Below the pieces are notes generated by a model. It made no database searches and had not been told where the DNA came from. It saw only the letters and a list, made by a program, of their open reading frames with translations. DNA of 64,000 nucleotides from a virus, in IMG/VR virus record IMGVR_UViG_3300042991_001118, positions 32,001-96,000 of that record. One strand, given 5' to 3'. The translations under genes and the position numbers were made by a program. Positions 36,662-46,342 of this stretch are shown piece by piece (the stretch's first letter is position 1; each line of letters begins with the position of its first letter).

Positions 36662-39600
36662 ACGCTAATTTGTTTGGAACATGAACGTCTTTTACGTCTG
36701 TAGGGCTTATTGTGTCAATAAGACAAGCGTATGTCGCACCAGCAAGAGCATCGGATGTGTCTTTTGACCCGCCCTCTGGGTGATCTACTTTGTTTTCAGC
36801 CAAGTTAAAATCTAAGTCTAGCAATTCCTGTTCTAGAATCGGGATAATTGGCATATTCATTTTTTTTGCATTTATTGTGTTTCGCGTGATTAAGTATGGC
36901 TTCACATCCCGGTCGATCGAAATCACGACAGCCTTAATTCCTGCTTCTGTTAATCTTTGGATAGAGTCTTCCGATTGCCATGAATCGTATGATACTTGGC
37001 GTATCCAAAAATTTAATTTTCGTAAAAAAAAGATTAGTCTTCTGATATTGTCAAAATCAATTGGCTGTTTATTACGACCGCCTTCCAATGCAATAACGAA
37101 ATCTACCTCTATTTCTTTGCATATGTCCAGTAAATTCAAGTCTTCATTTTGTGTCGAATAGGGTGTCAGGATATGCTTGCTAGGATGTACACAAGCGATT
37201 CCAGCACGACATGTGTTTTTAGCCAAGTCAACATGTAGATATCTTGGACAATCGGGATGCCTTCTTGGGTAGTATTGGCTACCACGAATCGTGCAGCCTA
37301 TTTTTTCCAAAAACAAAGAGGCCAATTCAATTCCACAACCCAAATGAATCTGCATTATATCAGATTCAAATAAATTCTTCAAATCCTTATTTTGACAAGA
37401 GAGCACCCGTTCTTTATTTGAGAAGAGTTTCATAAAGCTCTTGGTTGAAATCCCTGCGAGATTCCTTGTCGCGCTTTCGCAGTCAATATCGAAAGCGTCG
37501 AAATGCTCTACAGGAACTTCAAAAACCTGACAATTTACGTTTGCTTCACATCGTGGAGAGGTTGTGTAGTTGCCTAGTTCATCTTTTATCACGTCATCTA
37601 AAACCTTACAGTCGGATGTGTTATTTCCCAGTTGTACATGGAATTTCTTTCCGCAATACGCAACTTTTTGATTGAAATCCCAAATAGATCCTCGGACGAC
37701 ATATCTACCAGCCTTATTCTTTACGGTTTTGATTCTTTTTTCAATAAAGTCGTCTTCCGATCCAGCACTCCCTATAAAGACCGCAACTCCAGGGATATCT
37801 CCACTTCTTTGTATAAAACGTGATTCTAGACGTGTTGCCACGGCATTGGCTAAGTCGTATGCTCGTTTTGCGGTAGCCTGCCCTTTCCTCATCAGGTTCA
37901 TTTCATCGACGGAGATAAAAAACAAGTTTTTTCCAGCCGCATGCAATGCCTGTGATCCCGTCATCACGACTAAGGATTTTGGGAATATCATTTCTTCTGT
38001 GCCAAAAGGGCTTCTACGATAGAGGTTTTGGAAAAAGGGTGAGTCTTTGAGAATTTGGTCACGGAGAATATAAAATCCAGTATCCTCTGCACTTTTTAGG
38101 TCGTAAGAATAAATTCCAAAGACGATTTTTGATTTGCGTCCAAGTCCAAAAAATTTAGCTGGGTCACGGAGGCACAGCACACGATGCAGTTGGTATGCCG
38201 CGATTACTCCATTTGCGATTGTGCTATTATGCGTTACAAAGCCATTTGCCACATATGACGGATTTCCATCGACTGTTAAATCAAAACATGGAGCACATCC
38301 CTTCGTGATAGAAATAACCTTATTTTGGCAAATGTCTCCATCAACTATCTTTTTTAGCAGACATGGCATCCCATTTCCCAAGATGCTGTCTATTTTTTCA
38401 AGAATTCCAATCGTTATATCTTGCGATCCCATCTTGCAATTTACAAACATATTCCTATATGGTTTTCTACTCGGTACTCTTCCTTTTAAATTTTCCCATG
38501 CCATTCTTATAAGATTGGAGCAGTTGTAAATAGATTCGCAATCATTTTTCCCACCACAATTAAGCTGCTGGCTGATTTTTTCAAGTTTTCTTTTATTGGA
38601 AAATCCGATTTTTTTGAGAAACGTTATCTTAGAACGATTCCCTTTAATCCTTATAGTCCATGCCCTGTTATGTCCGATACCTTTAATTTGTGGTATTTTA
38701 CTTGTTCTACTTGTTCTAATCCCTAAAGCCAATAATGCTATTTGTGCTTGTCTTCCTAATTCTTCGCTTATCGTAGTAAATTCGATAATGTTTTTTCCAT
38801 ATACCGTACCATCCGTATCGAATAATCCACGTAAAAATGCACATAGCAAATCAGGATGAGACAAAACGCATCCTGGTATACTTTTATTGATAGCCCCAGT
38901 TTTTATGCCAAATGATTTCCATCGAAGGTATATTGTTTTGTTTGTCTGTTTTAACGCAAATCTGTAACATTGATATTCCTTTATGTTGTATCTAAAATTT
39001 ATTTTGTTGCATAATTGCGATAAATGTTCGATGTATTGTTTGTCTTGGAATCCTATTGATATGGAAATTGCACCAGAATCTTCATACCAATGTCCATTTC
39101 CTGTCCAGCTACCAAGAATTTCTGCTTCAGCCAAATCCATCACGGCTTTGTATTCACAATTTGCCCTTTTATCTTCCAAAGAAAATACTAGGACATCATC
39201 AATTGATATGTCCTGTAAAAATTTCCATATCAATTCTCCATTTTTGTTCCAGGCACGGACTCTATGCTCTCCCCTTCCTTCTATCTCATATCCATCTAAA
39301 GTCTTTATTTTAATTGTATCGGATACCCCAGCATCATATACGCCATCCACTCTTCTAAATCCATCTTCGGTTAAAACTTTTTTACCAATTTCAATCTTCC
39401 CTAATTCGCATAGGAAATCAGCACTGGATTTACATAATGTATTATCTCTTAGGCATTTGCCTATACCCATTGCGCCCGTTAGAATTACCTCAAATACTGG
39501 CTTAACGGGATCGCATATTTTGAGGATATGCGGCCACCAAGCCTTAAAAATTTCCTCTTTGAAATGTCCTAGATAATCCTGGTGCGTGAAAAAGGTTTCT

Positions 39601-39899
39601 GGATCTACCCTTTTGTGTTCGTAGTCCACGCTATAGAGTTCGTCCAAGAGGGCATCGTTTCCAGCCATCATAGAATCCATTACTTGCCGGACGTACTCTC
39701 TAGATTCTGGATTAAGACCCTTAAACATCTCTGAGTATCCCTTATGGAATTCATTGAGGCATTTCTCCAGGACTTCGTCCGTCACTAATTTCTGCTGGTT
39801 TTCTATCGTGTTCATTGCTGGAATCCCCAGGAATGGAGGAGGACATGATTCCTTTTTGTTCGTCTTGTCTTTCAGTTGCTGTTCCATTTGCTGTTCCAT
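36618..39899 (-). CDS. terL: terminase large subunit with intein (start may be further downstream)
   Basis: LTGAMGIGK|S Walker A, VDE Walker B, HVDLA, YDSWQS, DHP.GGSKD.SDA nuclease. Confidence 0.9.
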   Translation of the reverse strand: MEQQMEQQLKDKTNKKESCPPPFLGIPAMNTIENQQKLVTDEVLEKCLNEFHKGYSEMFKGLNPESREYVRQVMDSMMAGNDALLDELYSVDYEHKRVDPETFFTHQDYLGHFKEEIFKAWWPHILKICDPVKPVFEVILTGAMGIGKCLRDNTLCKSSADFLCELGKIEIGKKVLTEDGFRRVDGVYDAGVSDTIKIKTLDGYEIEGRGEHRVRAWNKNGELIWKFLQDISIDDVLVFSLEDKRANCEYKAVMDLAEAEILGSWTGNGHWYEDSGAISISIGFQDKQYIEHLSQLCNKINFRYNIKEYQCYRFALKQTNKTIYLRWKSFGIKTGAINKSIPGCVLSHPDLLCAFLRGLFDTDGTVYGKNIIEFTTISEELGRQAQIALLALGIRTSRTSKIPQIKGIGHNRAWTIRIKGNRSKITFLKKIGFSNKRKLEKISQQLNCGGKNDCESIYNCSNLIRMAWENLKGRVPSRKPYRNMFVNCKMGSQDITIGILEKIDSILGNGMPCLLKKIVDGDICQNKVISITKGCAPCFDLTVDGNPSYVANGFVTHNSTIANGVIAAYQLHRVLCLRDPAKFFGLGRKSKIVFGIYSYDLKSAEDTGFYILRDQILKDSPFFQNLYRRSPFGTEEMIFPKSLVVMTGSQALHAAGKNLFFISVDEMNLMRKGQATAKRAYDLANAVATRLESRFIQRSGDIPGVAVFIGSAGSEDDFIEKRIKTVKNKAGRYVVRGSIWDFNQKVAYCGKKFHVQLGNNTSDCKVLDDVIKDELGNYTTSPRCEANVNCQVFEVPVEHFDAFDIDCESATRNLAGISTKSFMKLFSNKERVLSCQNKDLKNLFESDIMQIHLGCGIELASLFLEKIGCTIRGSQYYPRRHPDCPRYLHVDLAKNTCRAGIACVHPSKHILTPYSTQNEDLNLLDICKEIEVDFVIALEGGRNKQPIDFDNIRRLIFFLRKLNFWIRQVSYDSWQSEDSIQRLTEAGIKAVVISIDRDVKPYLITRNTINAKKMNMPIIPILEQELLDLDFNLAENKVDHPEGGSKDTSDALAGATYACLIDTISPTDVKDVHVPNKLAYDEYLQIIKGRSHG
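38226..39455 (-). mobile_element. intein with LAGLIDADG homing endonuclease (410 aa)
   Basis: Starts CLRD after GK and ends YVANGFVTHN before Ser; LGSWTGNG and FLRGLFDTDG blocks. Confidence 0.93.
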
Positions 39900-40575
39900 T
39901 TGGTTCCATTTCTATCACGGTTCTCTGTACCAACGCCATTTTTTCCGCTAAAATCTCGGTTAAAAGGCGTATTTTTTCTCTTTGCTGCGGGTCTGGTATC
40001 AAGCTCGGTAATTTGTCAAATTTTCCAGAGAAAACGCTTTCCGTTCCGGTCTGTGGTTTACCTAGTACCGCCTTATTTTCGGATATCGCCCAGGTCATCA
40101 GATTTGATATCCCGCCAGAAATTTTATCTATCACGGAATTCGCATATTCTCCTATGCGAATTTTATCTGCTATTTTTAACGGTTTCCCGTCGTCATCCAT
40201 TTGTACACGCCAATTGTGATTCAGGTCATTCAGCACCCTCGTCGCGAGTTCGACAGATTTTGTAAACATTTCTAGACGGGATACCAGCGTTGTGAAATAC
40301 AATTGGGATGCGTGTTTTGTAAAATTTTTCGTTATGACACGCATCTCTGATTTGACAATTGTGTCCCGTTGTTCTTCCGGCGACAACTCTTGCATAGCCT
40401 TTGAAATAATTTCTTTCATTGGGAAGACCGAGACAGCATGCATTTGCTTTTGTGGAGAGATAATGTCTCCATGTTTTTCCTTGTATTGTCGCATATTCAT
40501 GTCATGACAGCTTTGGAGATGAAACTCCGTTATCGTCATGAAATACTCGCCACATTCTCTGCATTGCACTCTCAT
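39751..40575 (-). CDS. Zn-finger (MucR-like) protein, candidate terminase small subunit
   Basis: CRECG..HL..H.M...YK..H; immediately upstream of terL. Confidence 0.5.
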   Translation of the reverse strand: MRVQCRECGEYFMTITEFHLQSCHDMNMRQYKEKHGDIISPQKQMHAVSVFPMKEIISKAMQELSPEEQRDTIVKSEMRVITKNFTKHASQLYFTTLVSRLEMFTKSVELATRVLNDLNHNWRVQMDDDGKPLKIADKIRIGEYANSVIDKISGGISNLMTWAISENKAVLGKPQTGTESVFSGKFDKLPSLIPDPQQREKIRLLTEILAEKMALVQRTVIEMEPNGTANGTATERQDEQKGIMSSSIPGDSSNEHDRKPAEISDGRSPGEMPQ

Positions 40576-40922
40576 TCTTTTCCGCCTTCCAACTCAACGA
40601 ATAAGAAATTTTGTACCCAATAATGAACACGACCGTCTGGTAGAACTATGTTGAGGTTTAACAAATTTTCGCATTTATTGAGATTCATCTCACTGTCTGG
40701 AAGACCAGCCAATGCACACCATTGGGACAAAGAGATGGCATTGAGAGAATCTCTGTTTTTTCCATGTGGCATTGCTGCCCAGACTGATACTAATTTTCTC
40801 ATCGCGATATCGTCTTTTATCACAAGGCACTTCATCTGTTCCGATGGTGCCTTTGTCCCCTTAAAAATTTCTCCACACCACTTCTCGAATTCTTCTAATT
40901 CTGTCATTTGCTTTATCTCCAT
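40572..40922 (-). CDS. hypothetical protein
   Basis: ATGA overlap with the downstream gene. Confidence 0.5.
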   Translation of the reverse strand: MEIKQMTELEEFEKWCGEIFKGTKAPSEQMKCLVIKDDIAMRKLVSVWAAMPHGKNRDSLNAISLSQWCALAGLPDSEMNLNKCENLLNLNIVLPDGRVHYWVQNFLFVELEGGKE

Positions 40923-41412
40923 ATAGTAAAATCAAAAATTCCTCTAGGGATACCATATCAAAACTTGTATACCCCACATCTTTGCATTGTGTAAGTAATT
41001 CTGATATGGGGAAAAAGGATATAAATTGATTTAACGAAAATTCTTTATCGTCGAATTGCGTAAATTGAATTGTTTCAATATCGCCCAATATCGATAAAAA
41101 GGTACATAAAACACCAAATTTCTTGGGACTTTCCAAATATTGTATAAATGGCCAAGATTCCGTTTTATAAAAAAATCTTTGCAAAGCCGTCTCAACATTG
41201 ATTTTTTTCATGGCGGATTTCCACCAATTTTCGTTCTGATAATATATCGTCTTTGAGTGTGCAAATTCGGCGTAAAAATAATCTATTATCCTTTTACATT
41301 CTAGTGGTGAAATTAACAGTTGTGCCGAGATTCCTACATAGTCTAGCACTTTCCTATATTGTGCCAAATGTAGAGTTTCCATCTTAATGTATTCATTTGT
41401 TTTCAAGTTCAT
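40861..41412 (-). CDS. hypothetical protein
   Basis: 183-aa ORF. Confidence 0.55.
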   Translation of the reverse strand: MNLKTNEYIKMETLHLAQYRKVLDYVGISAQLLISPLECKRIIDYFYAEFAHSKTIYYQNENWWKSAMKKINVETALQRFFYKTESWPFIQYLESPKKFGVLCTFLSILGDIETIQFTQFDDKEFSLNQFISFFPISELLTQCKDVGYTSFDMVSLEEFLILLYGDKANDRIRRIREVVWRNF

Positions 41413-41564
41413 CTTTATATTTTTTGAATAATTTGATGTATAAATTGATTGAGATTCCCAACAATGCGGATATCTCTTTTATATTTTTGTGAAAATTCAA
41501 TGTCATGAAAACAGGATACGATTTATATCCAGAATTTATTGAATATTGATTTAGGGAATCCATT

Positions 41565-42068
41565 TTACACAACGCCTATACAAAAAATTTTTTCTTGTAG
41601 TATGACCTTTTTTGTCTTTTTAATTGCCTCTTTTTTTTCTTTCAGAGATAAGTCTTTGAAATTGATTTTCCTCAACCTTTTAATCACAACATCTGGTATC
41701 CATATGCCTTGTTTCAAATCAATCAATGTTGGTAATTTCCCACATTCTATCCAATTCAATATTGTTTTATATGAGACATATAAAATTTTTTGTAATTGGA
41801 ATGGTGGATATAATAACGACACGGAATTATCTGATAAATGTATAATCCTTGGCATGTTGCTACCTCTTGGACTTTTGCTTTTCTTATTCTTTTCTCTATA
41901 TTTTTTTAGTCTATCTATTATCCCTTTTCGGTATGTCTCATCCATTTCCCATTTATTCTTTTTCTTTTCCTGTATTCTTTTTTTGTTTTCTTGATAATAT
42001 AGTTTGTTGTACTCTTTTTGAGAGAGATTTCTCTTCAAAATTTTTTTAGTATGTATCAATTTGGGCAT
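41565..42068 (-). CDS. basic DNA-binding protein (MerR/excisionase-like HTH)
   Basis: KILYVSYKTILNWIECGKLP. Confidence 0.5.
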   Translation of the reverse strand: MPKLIHTKKILKRNLSQKEYNKLYYQENKKRIQEKKKNKWEMDETYRKGIIDRLKKYREKNKKSKSPRGSNMPRIIHLSDNSVSLLYPPFQLQKILYVSYKTILNWIECGKLPTLIDLKQGIWIPDVVIKRLRKINFKDLSLKEKKEAIKKTKKVILQEKIFCIGVV

Positions 42069-43453
42069 ATATTTCCCCTGTTGAAATCAAATTTTACATC
42101 CAAATGTGGAATCTGTATTTCTGAGAATGATGCATTTTCGGCAAGCCATTTCCATTTCCTGGATATCCCTTTATTCTTTAACGGAATCCAGTAGTCATCG
42201 ATTATATCGATGATTATAGGGGTTTTCTTATCAGGGTATTCTCTTTCTATCCTACCCTTAAGCTGTTTGATATTCGATGGTGGTGGTGTCGCGCAAATTA
42301 TTGTGTCTTTCCATGGCGCGTTAAGCCCCTCGTTCCCCATAGAATATGTCGTAAAAGTTATTTTTTTATTTACTGCATCATTGAGTTGTTTTGCAGTTTC
42401 ATCCCCTGTGAATTTTCCACTTTCCTCTAAAATATTTTGCGGTAGACTAGATATCAATCTTTCCAGTGGCAATTTCAATGCGTGAAAAACTAAAATGTTT
42501 CGTCCCATCTCCCATAATTGGGTAATTATCGTGGTGATTATTTGGTTTCTTTTGTGGTTCGCTGCTAATTTTTTAGCGACGATGACCCTTAATTCTGTTT
42601 TCCCTTGACATGATTTATGCGCAAAAAAATTTGATAGTGATAGCTGGATTACTTTAGTCTTTTCCGCGCATGTTGGTGCCTTAGCCTCCGCTAGGGTTTC
42701 CCCTATCAGCAAGGAAAACATGTTTTGTAAATTATCGCTGCGATGGAAAGACGCAGTCAATCCAAACATGTATTGGCTTCTCAGCCTTCCCAGTGCAGAC
42801 AAATACATCCCTGCTGGTAAATGGTGGCACTCATCAAATAAAACCACGCCAAATCGATTGTAAAAATCGGTATCATTGTTATCCATGAGAGAGTTTATGA
42901 CGCATAACACAATGGAATGCTCGATGTCTTTCACGCCAGATTTAATTACTCCTAATTGCAACGGGGATCCATTTTCTGTAAAACTTTCATTTCCTTCTTT
43001 TTTCCATTGATCTATTTGAAATTGTCTGCTGACGATAACGAGAGCAGACATTCCCATGCGTCGAATCAATTCCAATCCCATCAAGGTTTTTCCTACACCA
43101 CATGGTGCCAATCCATATCCACCAATTCCATTTTGTAGAGCCTTTTGCCTCATATTTTCTATCCAATTTTCTTGATCTACTCCTTTCCAATTCAACGACT
43201 TCCCTGGCACCATGGAAATATCTAGTTTTGTAAATTTTTGGGTATAATCTTGCTGGATTATATTTATCGGATAGCATCTCGGCACGACGAATAAGTAAGA
43301 GTCTTCCTTCTTCGTCTCTGACCAACAATGGAACGGGACATTTCTCTTTTCTATGTAGTCAAATCTTTGGTATGTTAAATCCGTCCTTATTTTTTCTGCA
43401 TCTTGTTCTGACGCTTTAATCCAGGAAACTCCGCCTTTTATCACGGCTTTCAA
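42056..43453 (-). CDS. SF2 DNA helicase (UvsW/XPB-like)
   Basis: APCGVGKT, FDECHH, GLTAS, EGLNAP, QLKGRIER. Confidence 0.88.
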   Translation of the reverse strand: MKAVIKGGVSWIKASEQDAEKIRTDLTYQRFDYIEKRNVPFHCWSETKKEDSYLFVVPRCYPINIIQQDYTQKFTKLDISMVPGKSLNWKGVDQENWIENMRQKALQNGIGGYGLAPCGVGKTLMGLELIRRMGMSALVIVSRQFQIDQWKKEGNESFTENGSPLQLGVIKSGVKDIEHSIVLCVINSLMDNNDTDFYNRFGVVLFDECHHLPAGMYLSALGRLRSQYMFGLTASFHRSDNLQNMFSLLIGETLAEAKAPTCAEKTKVIQLSLSNFFAHKSCQGKTELRVIVAKKLAANHKRNQIITTIITQLWEMGRNILVFHALKLPLERLISSLPQNILEESGKFTGDETAKQLNDAVNKKITFTTYSMGNEGLNAPWKDTIICATPPPSNIKQLKGRIEREYPDKKTPIIIDIIDDYWIPLKNKGISRKWKWLAENASFSEIQIPHLDVKFDFNRGNICPN

Positions 43454-43472
43454 TTTTTTCTCCTAATAAAAT

Positions 43473-43490
43473 GGGCGGCATTTGCCGCCC
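43473..43490 (-). terminator. intergenic hairpin
   Basis: GGGCGGCA-TT-TGCCGCCC followed by T-rich sequence on the minus strand. Confidence 0.55.
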
Positions 43491-43529
43491 GTAAGCTGAA
43501 AGGAAATCATAAAAAAGGAGTATTGCATT

Positions 43530-44516
43530 CTAGGAAGGTTTTTGCCCTATGGACTGTTGTGGTTGAGAACCTGCCAAGACTTGGGGCGGTGGTTGAATAT
43601 TTTCAAAATCAAAATTGTTTATGTCTTCCGTTGTTCCGAAGGCATTTCCGGAAATGGTCGGGTTCTGTTGATGTAAAAATGCCGTTCCTCCTGACGACGT
43701 ATCTTTCTGAGAAGCGTATTGTGTATTTTCCCATCCATGCTCCATAGATGGTGGAGGTGTTGATGGTGAACTACCACTAAATGTCCGTTTTCTCCGAATC
43801 GCCGCCATGAAATATTGAATTTTCTTTTGATCTGGGGTAAAGGCATCAATGCTCCAATTCAGAAAGTATTCTTGTACCCCTTGTTCTGCCGTCAATTGCT
43901 TGCCTTCACCTGCACACTTCTTTAGGTACCATGCTAATCTTGGACTTCCAAGGCAGTACTGGTTGATATCAAATGTCTTCACGTAGACAAATGTATCCCC
44001 ATATTGTGGAGCGTTTTGTTTAACACGTGAGACCTTAAATCCCATGCCCAGACATTTTCCATCTGGATTCACGGCTTTGATGTACTTTTCTAGCATCGTG
44101 ATAGTGTCTTTTCGTGCCATCATCCATTTAGGCGTGTCCGTCCAGGTCGTACCTGTTTCGTCTTTAAATGGGGTGTGGTCTATCACTCTTAGCGGAACAA
44201 CGAGAGTTCTCTTTATTGTGCTGTCGAATAGCCCCTCGTTACATATTGGGCATACTTTGGGGTCTGTCCCGTCGCTGCTGAAAGATGCACAAGTTACTCT
44301 CAACTTACTCGCATCTTTATCACGGAACTGATTTGCGTGGTCATAAATATAGTGTTCGTAAAAGAATGAAATTTCGTTTATGTTTGGTGTAAGGAAAACA
44401 ATTTGGCTTTCCTTTTCCTTAAAGACTATAAGTCTTTTTTCAAACTCAGGAGTCATGTGGGTATTTATAGCCGCATCCTTAAGATTGGCCAGCCCAGTTT
44501 TAAAAAATTGAGTCAT
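43530..44516 (-). CDS. single-stranded DNA-binding protein (T4 gp32-like)
   Basis: YEH..TC...CPIC Zn site, low-complexity acidic tail, next to the helicase; own TTGACA promoter at about 44579. Confidence 0.6.
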   Translation of the reverse strand: MTQFFKTGLANLKDAAINTHMTPEFEKRLIVFKEKESQIVFLTPNINEISFFYEHYIYDHANQFRDKDASKLRVTCASFSSDGTDPKVCPICNEGLFDSTIKRTLVVPLRVIDHTPFKDETGTTWTDTPKWMMARKDTITMLEKYIKAVNPDGKCLGMGFKVSRVKQNAPQYGDTFVYVKTFDINQYCLGSPRLAWYLKKCAGEGKQLTAEQGVQEYFLNWSIDAFTPDQKKIQYFMAAIRRKRTFSGSSPSTPPPSMEHGWENTQYASQKDTSSGGTAFLHQQNPTISGNAFGTTEDINNFDFENIQPPPQVLAGSQPQQSIGQKPS

Positions 44517-44603
44517 TGACTCTTCCTTTCAAAATAGAGAACATGATAATATCTATATCATTTTATTTTGTTTTGTCAAGAAGGTATGTGCTAAAAAATA
44601 AAA

Positions 44604-44626
44604 AAGGGTTGGTGGTGCCAACCCTT
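44604..44626 (-). terminator. rho-independent terminator ending the tail operon
   Basis: AAGGGTTGG-TGGTG-CCAACCCTT with an A-run on the plus strand (U-run on minus). Confidence 0.7.
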
Positions 44627-44677
44627 ACTTATGCGTACTATGTACTATCGGTAAGGTGTAAGGGACGCATAGAAAAT

Positions 44678-45043
44678 CTATATGGCTATTGCAGATTTTA
44701 TCAAAATGGATATTGCTACGGTCGCAACTCTTCTAACTGTTTCCCAAAATATTTTTTTAATCGGGAAATATTTTGCGACTGTAATATTTCCAAGTGTCGC
44801 ATTAACGATTTTTATTTCTTGCTGTAGTGAATCAGAATTATCAGATAAAGCTCTAATCTGTAATTTTGCGGCATCTGATGCGCATGATTTTAAAAGTTCT
44901 AAGTCTTTTTTTGTTAAAGAATCCCATGCGGATCCCATAAATTCTTTCAGGTTCCCTTGTATTTCTTGCTCCAGTTTAGATAGATTTACTTCCATGGGAC
45001 ACCTATTTCGGGCTTTCTTTGAGAGAAGATTCTGTGTTTTCAA
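44678..45043 (-). CDS. helical protein with a C-terminal hydrophobic segment (lysis-associated?)
   Basis: End of the late operon, overlaps the lipoprotein gene. Confidence 0.45.
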   Translation of the reverse strand: MKTQNLLSKKARNRCPMEVNLSKLEQEIQGNLKEFMGSAWDSLTKKDLELLKSCASDAAKLQIRALSDNSDSLQQEIKIVNATLGNITVAKYFPIKKIFWETVRRVATVAISILIKSAIAI

Positions 45044-45269
45044 TCCTCAATTTCCAGGATTGAATTAAACTTTCACGTCGGCTGATTTGTTCCGATGAAA
45101 ATTTTGCTGTTTTTCCATCATCTTCTTTCGCGTTTTTAACAAGCCCAATATATTCTTCTGCGATTGAATCCATTGTCGCTTTGTCTGCGACAATATACCC
45201 ACGCAATTCCTCATTGGCGCATCCAGAAATCAACAATATACAAAGTATACAAAAAAATATTTTCTTCAT
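45003..45269 (-). CDS. lipoprotein (spanin-like candidate)
   Basis: MKK + hydrophobic stretch + LISGC lipobox. Confidence 0.65.
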   Translation of the reverse strand: MKKIFFCILCILLISGCANEELRGYIVADKATMDSIAEEYIGLVKNAKEDDGKTAKFSSEQISRRESLIQSWKLRIENTESSLKESPK

Positions 45270-45281
45270 CTTTGATATCTC

Positions 45282-45815
45282 CTAAATAATTTCGATTGTT
45301 GCCAAAGGCGTTTTTGCTGTAGTTCTCAATGCGTTGAACGCTCTTTGTGATATTGATAACCTAATTGTTTTGTTCTCTGCCGGAGCAGTAAATATTGTGT
45401 CGAGAAAATTAAGGGTTCCACTTAAAATCCATTTTTTTTGTGATAATACTCCACCATCATTCTTTAATGAGACTTCTCCATTTGGGTAAAAATCGACATC
45501 ATTGTCTGTTTTAAATTTAACTCTCAACGTTAGGGCATTTCCCATGTCTAATTCTTCCGGTGTTGAGAGTTCTATTTCCGAACCATTTATCATTTTGTAA
45601 AGATAGATGTAATATTTTGGTGCCAAGACGACTTCACCACTTTCTACAATATATAAATTTGGATTTTCTACAACGGTTAAGTTGTTTGGCTTTTCTAATG
45701 TGGCACAATTCTCGTCAAGCGATAGCCCAGGGAAATCTTCTAAACTCGGTGTTTTGTTCGGTCCATATAAAATCGTTACGATTTCTTTCGTATTTGTGTT
45801 GTAAATAATAAGCAT
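45282..45815 (-). CDS. tail fibre assembly-like protein
   Basis: MLIIYNTNTKEIV N-terminus; follows the fibre genes. Confidence 0.45.
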   Translation of the reverse strand: MLIIYNTNTKEIVTILYGPNKTPSLEDFPGLSLDENCATLEKPNNLTVVENPNLYIVESGEVVLAPKYYIYLYKMINGSEIELSTPEELDMGNALTLRVKFKTDNDVDFYPNGEVSLKNDGGVLSQKKWILSGTLNFLDTIFTAPAENKTIRLSISQRAFNALRTTAKTPLATIEII

Positions 45816-45829
45816 TTCATTCCCCTCAA

Positions 45830-46327
45830 TTATCTTACGTCAAATTTTAATTCGACAGCAAACCAGTATGTTCCCTGATGTACATGATCTCCATAACTGT
45901 TTTCTGCTATTCTAAAAACATATGGACTTGTAGAATATGGATTGGATGAGATGAGAGAATTTCCTGGACCCCAAGACTCAGAGTTAGATGCACCCGCAAA
46001 GCATACTAAGACTAATGTCTTTTTATAATCAAATCCTGAACTCCCAAGTATAACACCACTTGTTGTTGTCAAATCCGTTAAATTTATTGATACGGTTCTC
46101 GAACTGTCTCCACTTCCACCAAAACCTATCGTTTTTCCCTGTGCAAATTTTATAGGGTCTAAAAATTTGGGGTCAGTTTCTGTTACAAATTTATTGTCTG
46201 TTCCAGGGGTACCATATGTTCCAGTTAAGGCTTGTTTAATTGCGTCCGTTGGAATATTTTCATGATTAAAAGTCGGACCAACAAATAAATGTCCATCTTC
46301 AAATGCGGGATATAATAAATTAGCCAT
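45830..46327 (-). CDS. tail fibre/tip protein (short paralogue)
   Basis: ALTGT.GTPG..NKFVT.TD; C-terminal domain shared with the next gene. Confidence 0.55.
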   Translation of the reverse strand: MANLLYPAFEDGHLFVGPTFNHENIPTDAIKQALTGTYGTPGTDNKFVTETDPKFLDPIKFAQGKTIGFGGSGDSSRTVSINLTDLTTTSGVILGSSGFDYKKTLVLVCFAGASNSESWGPGNSLISSNPYSTSPYVFRIAENSYGDHVHQGTYWFAVELKFDVR

Positions 46328-46342
46328 AAAAATTCTCCATTA

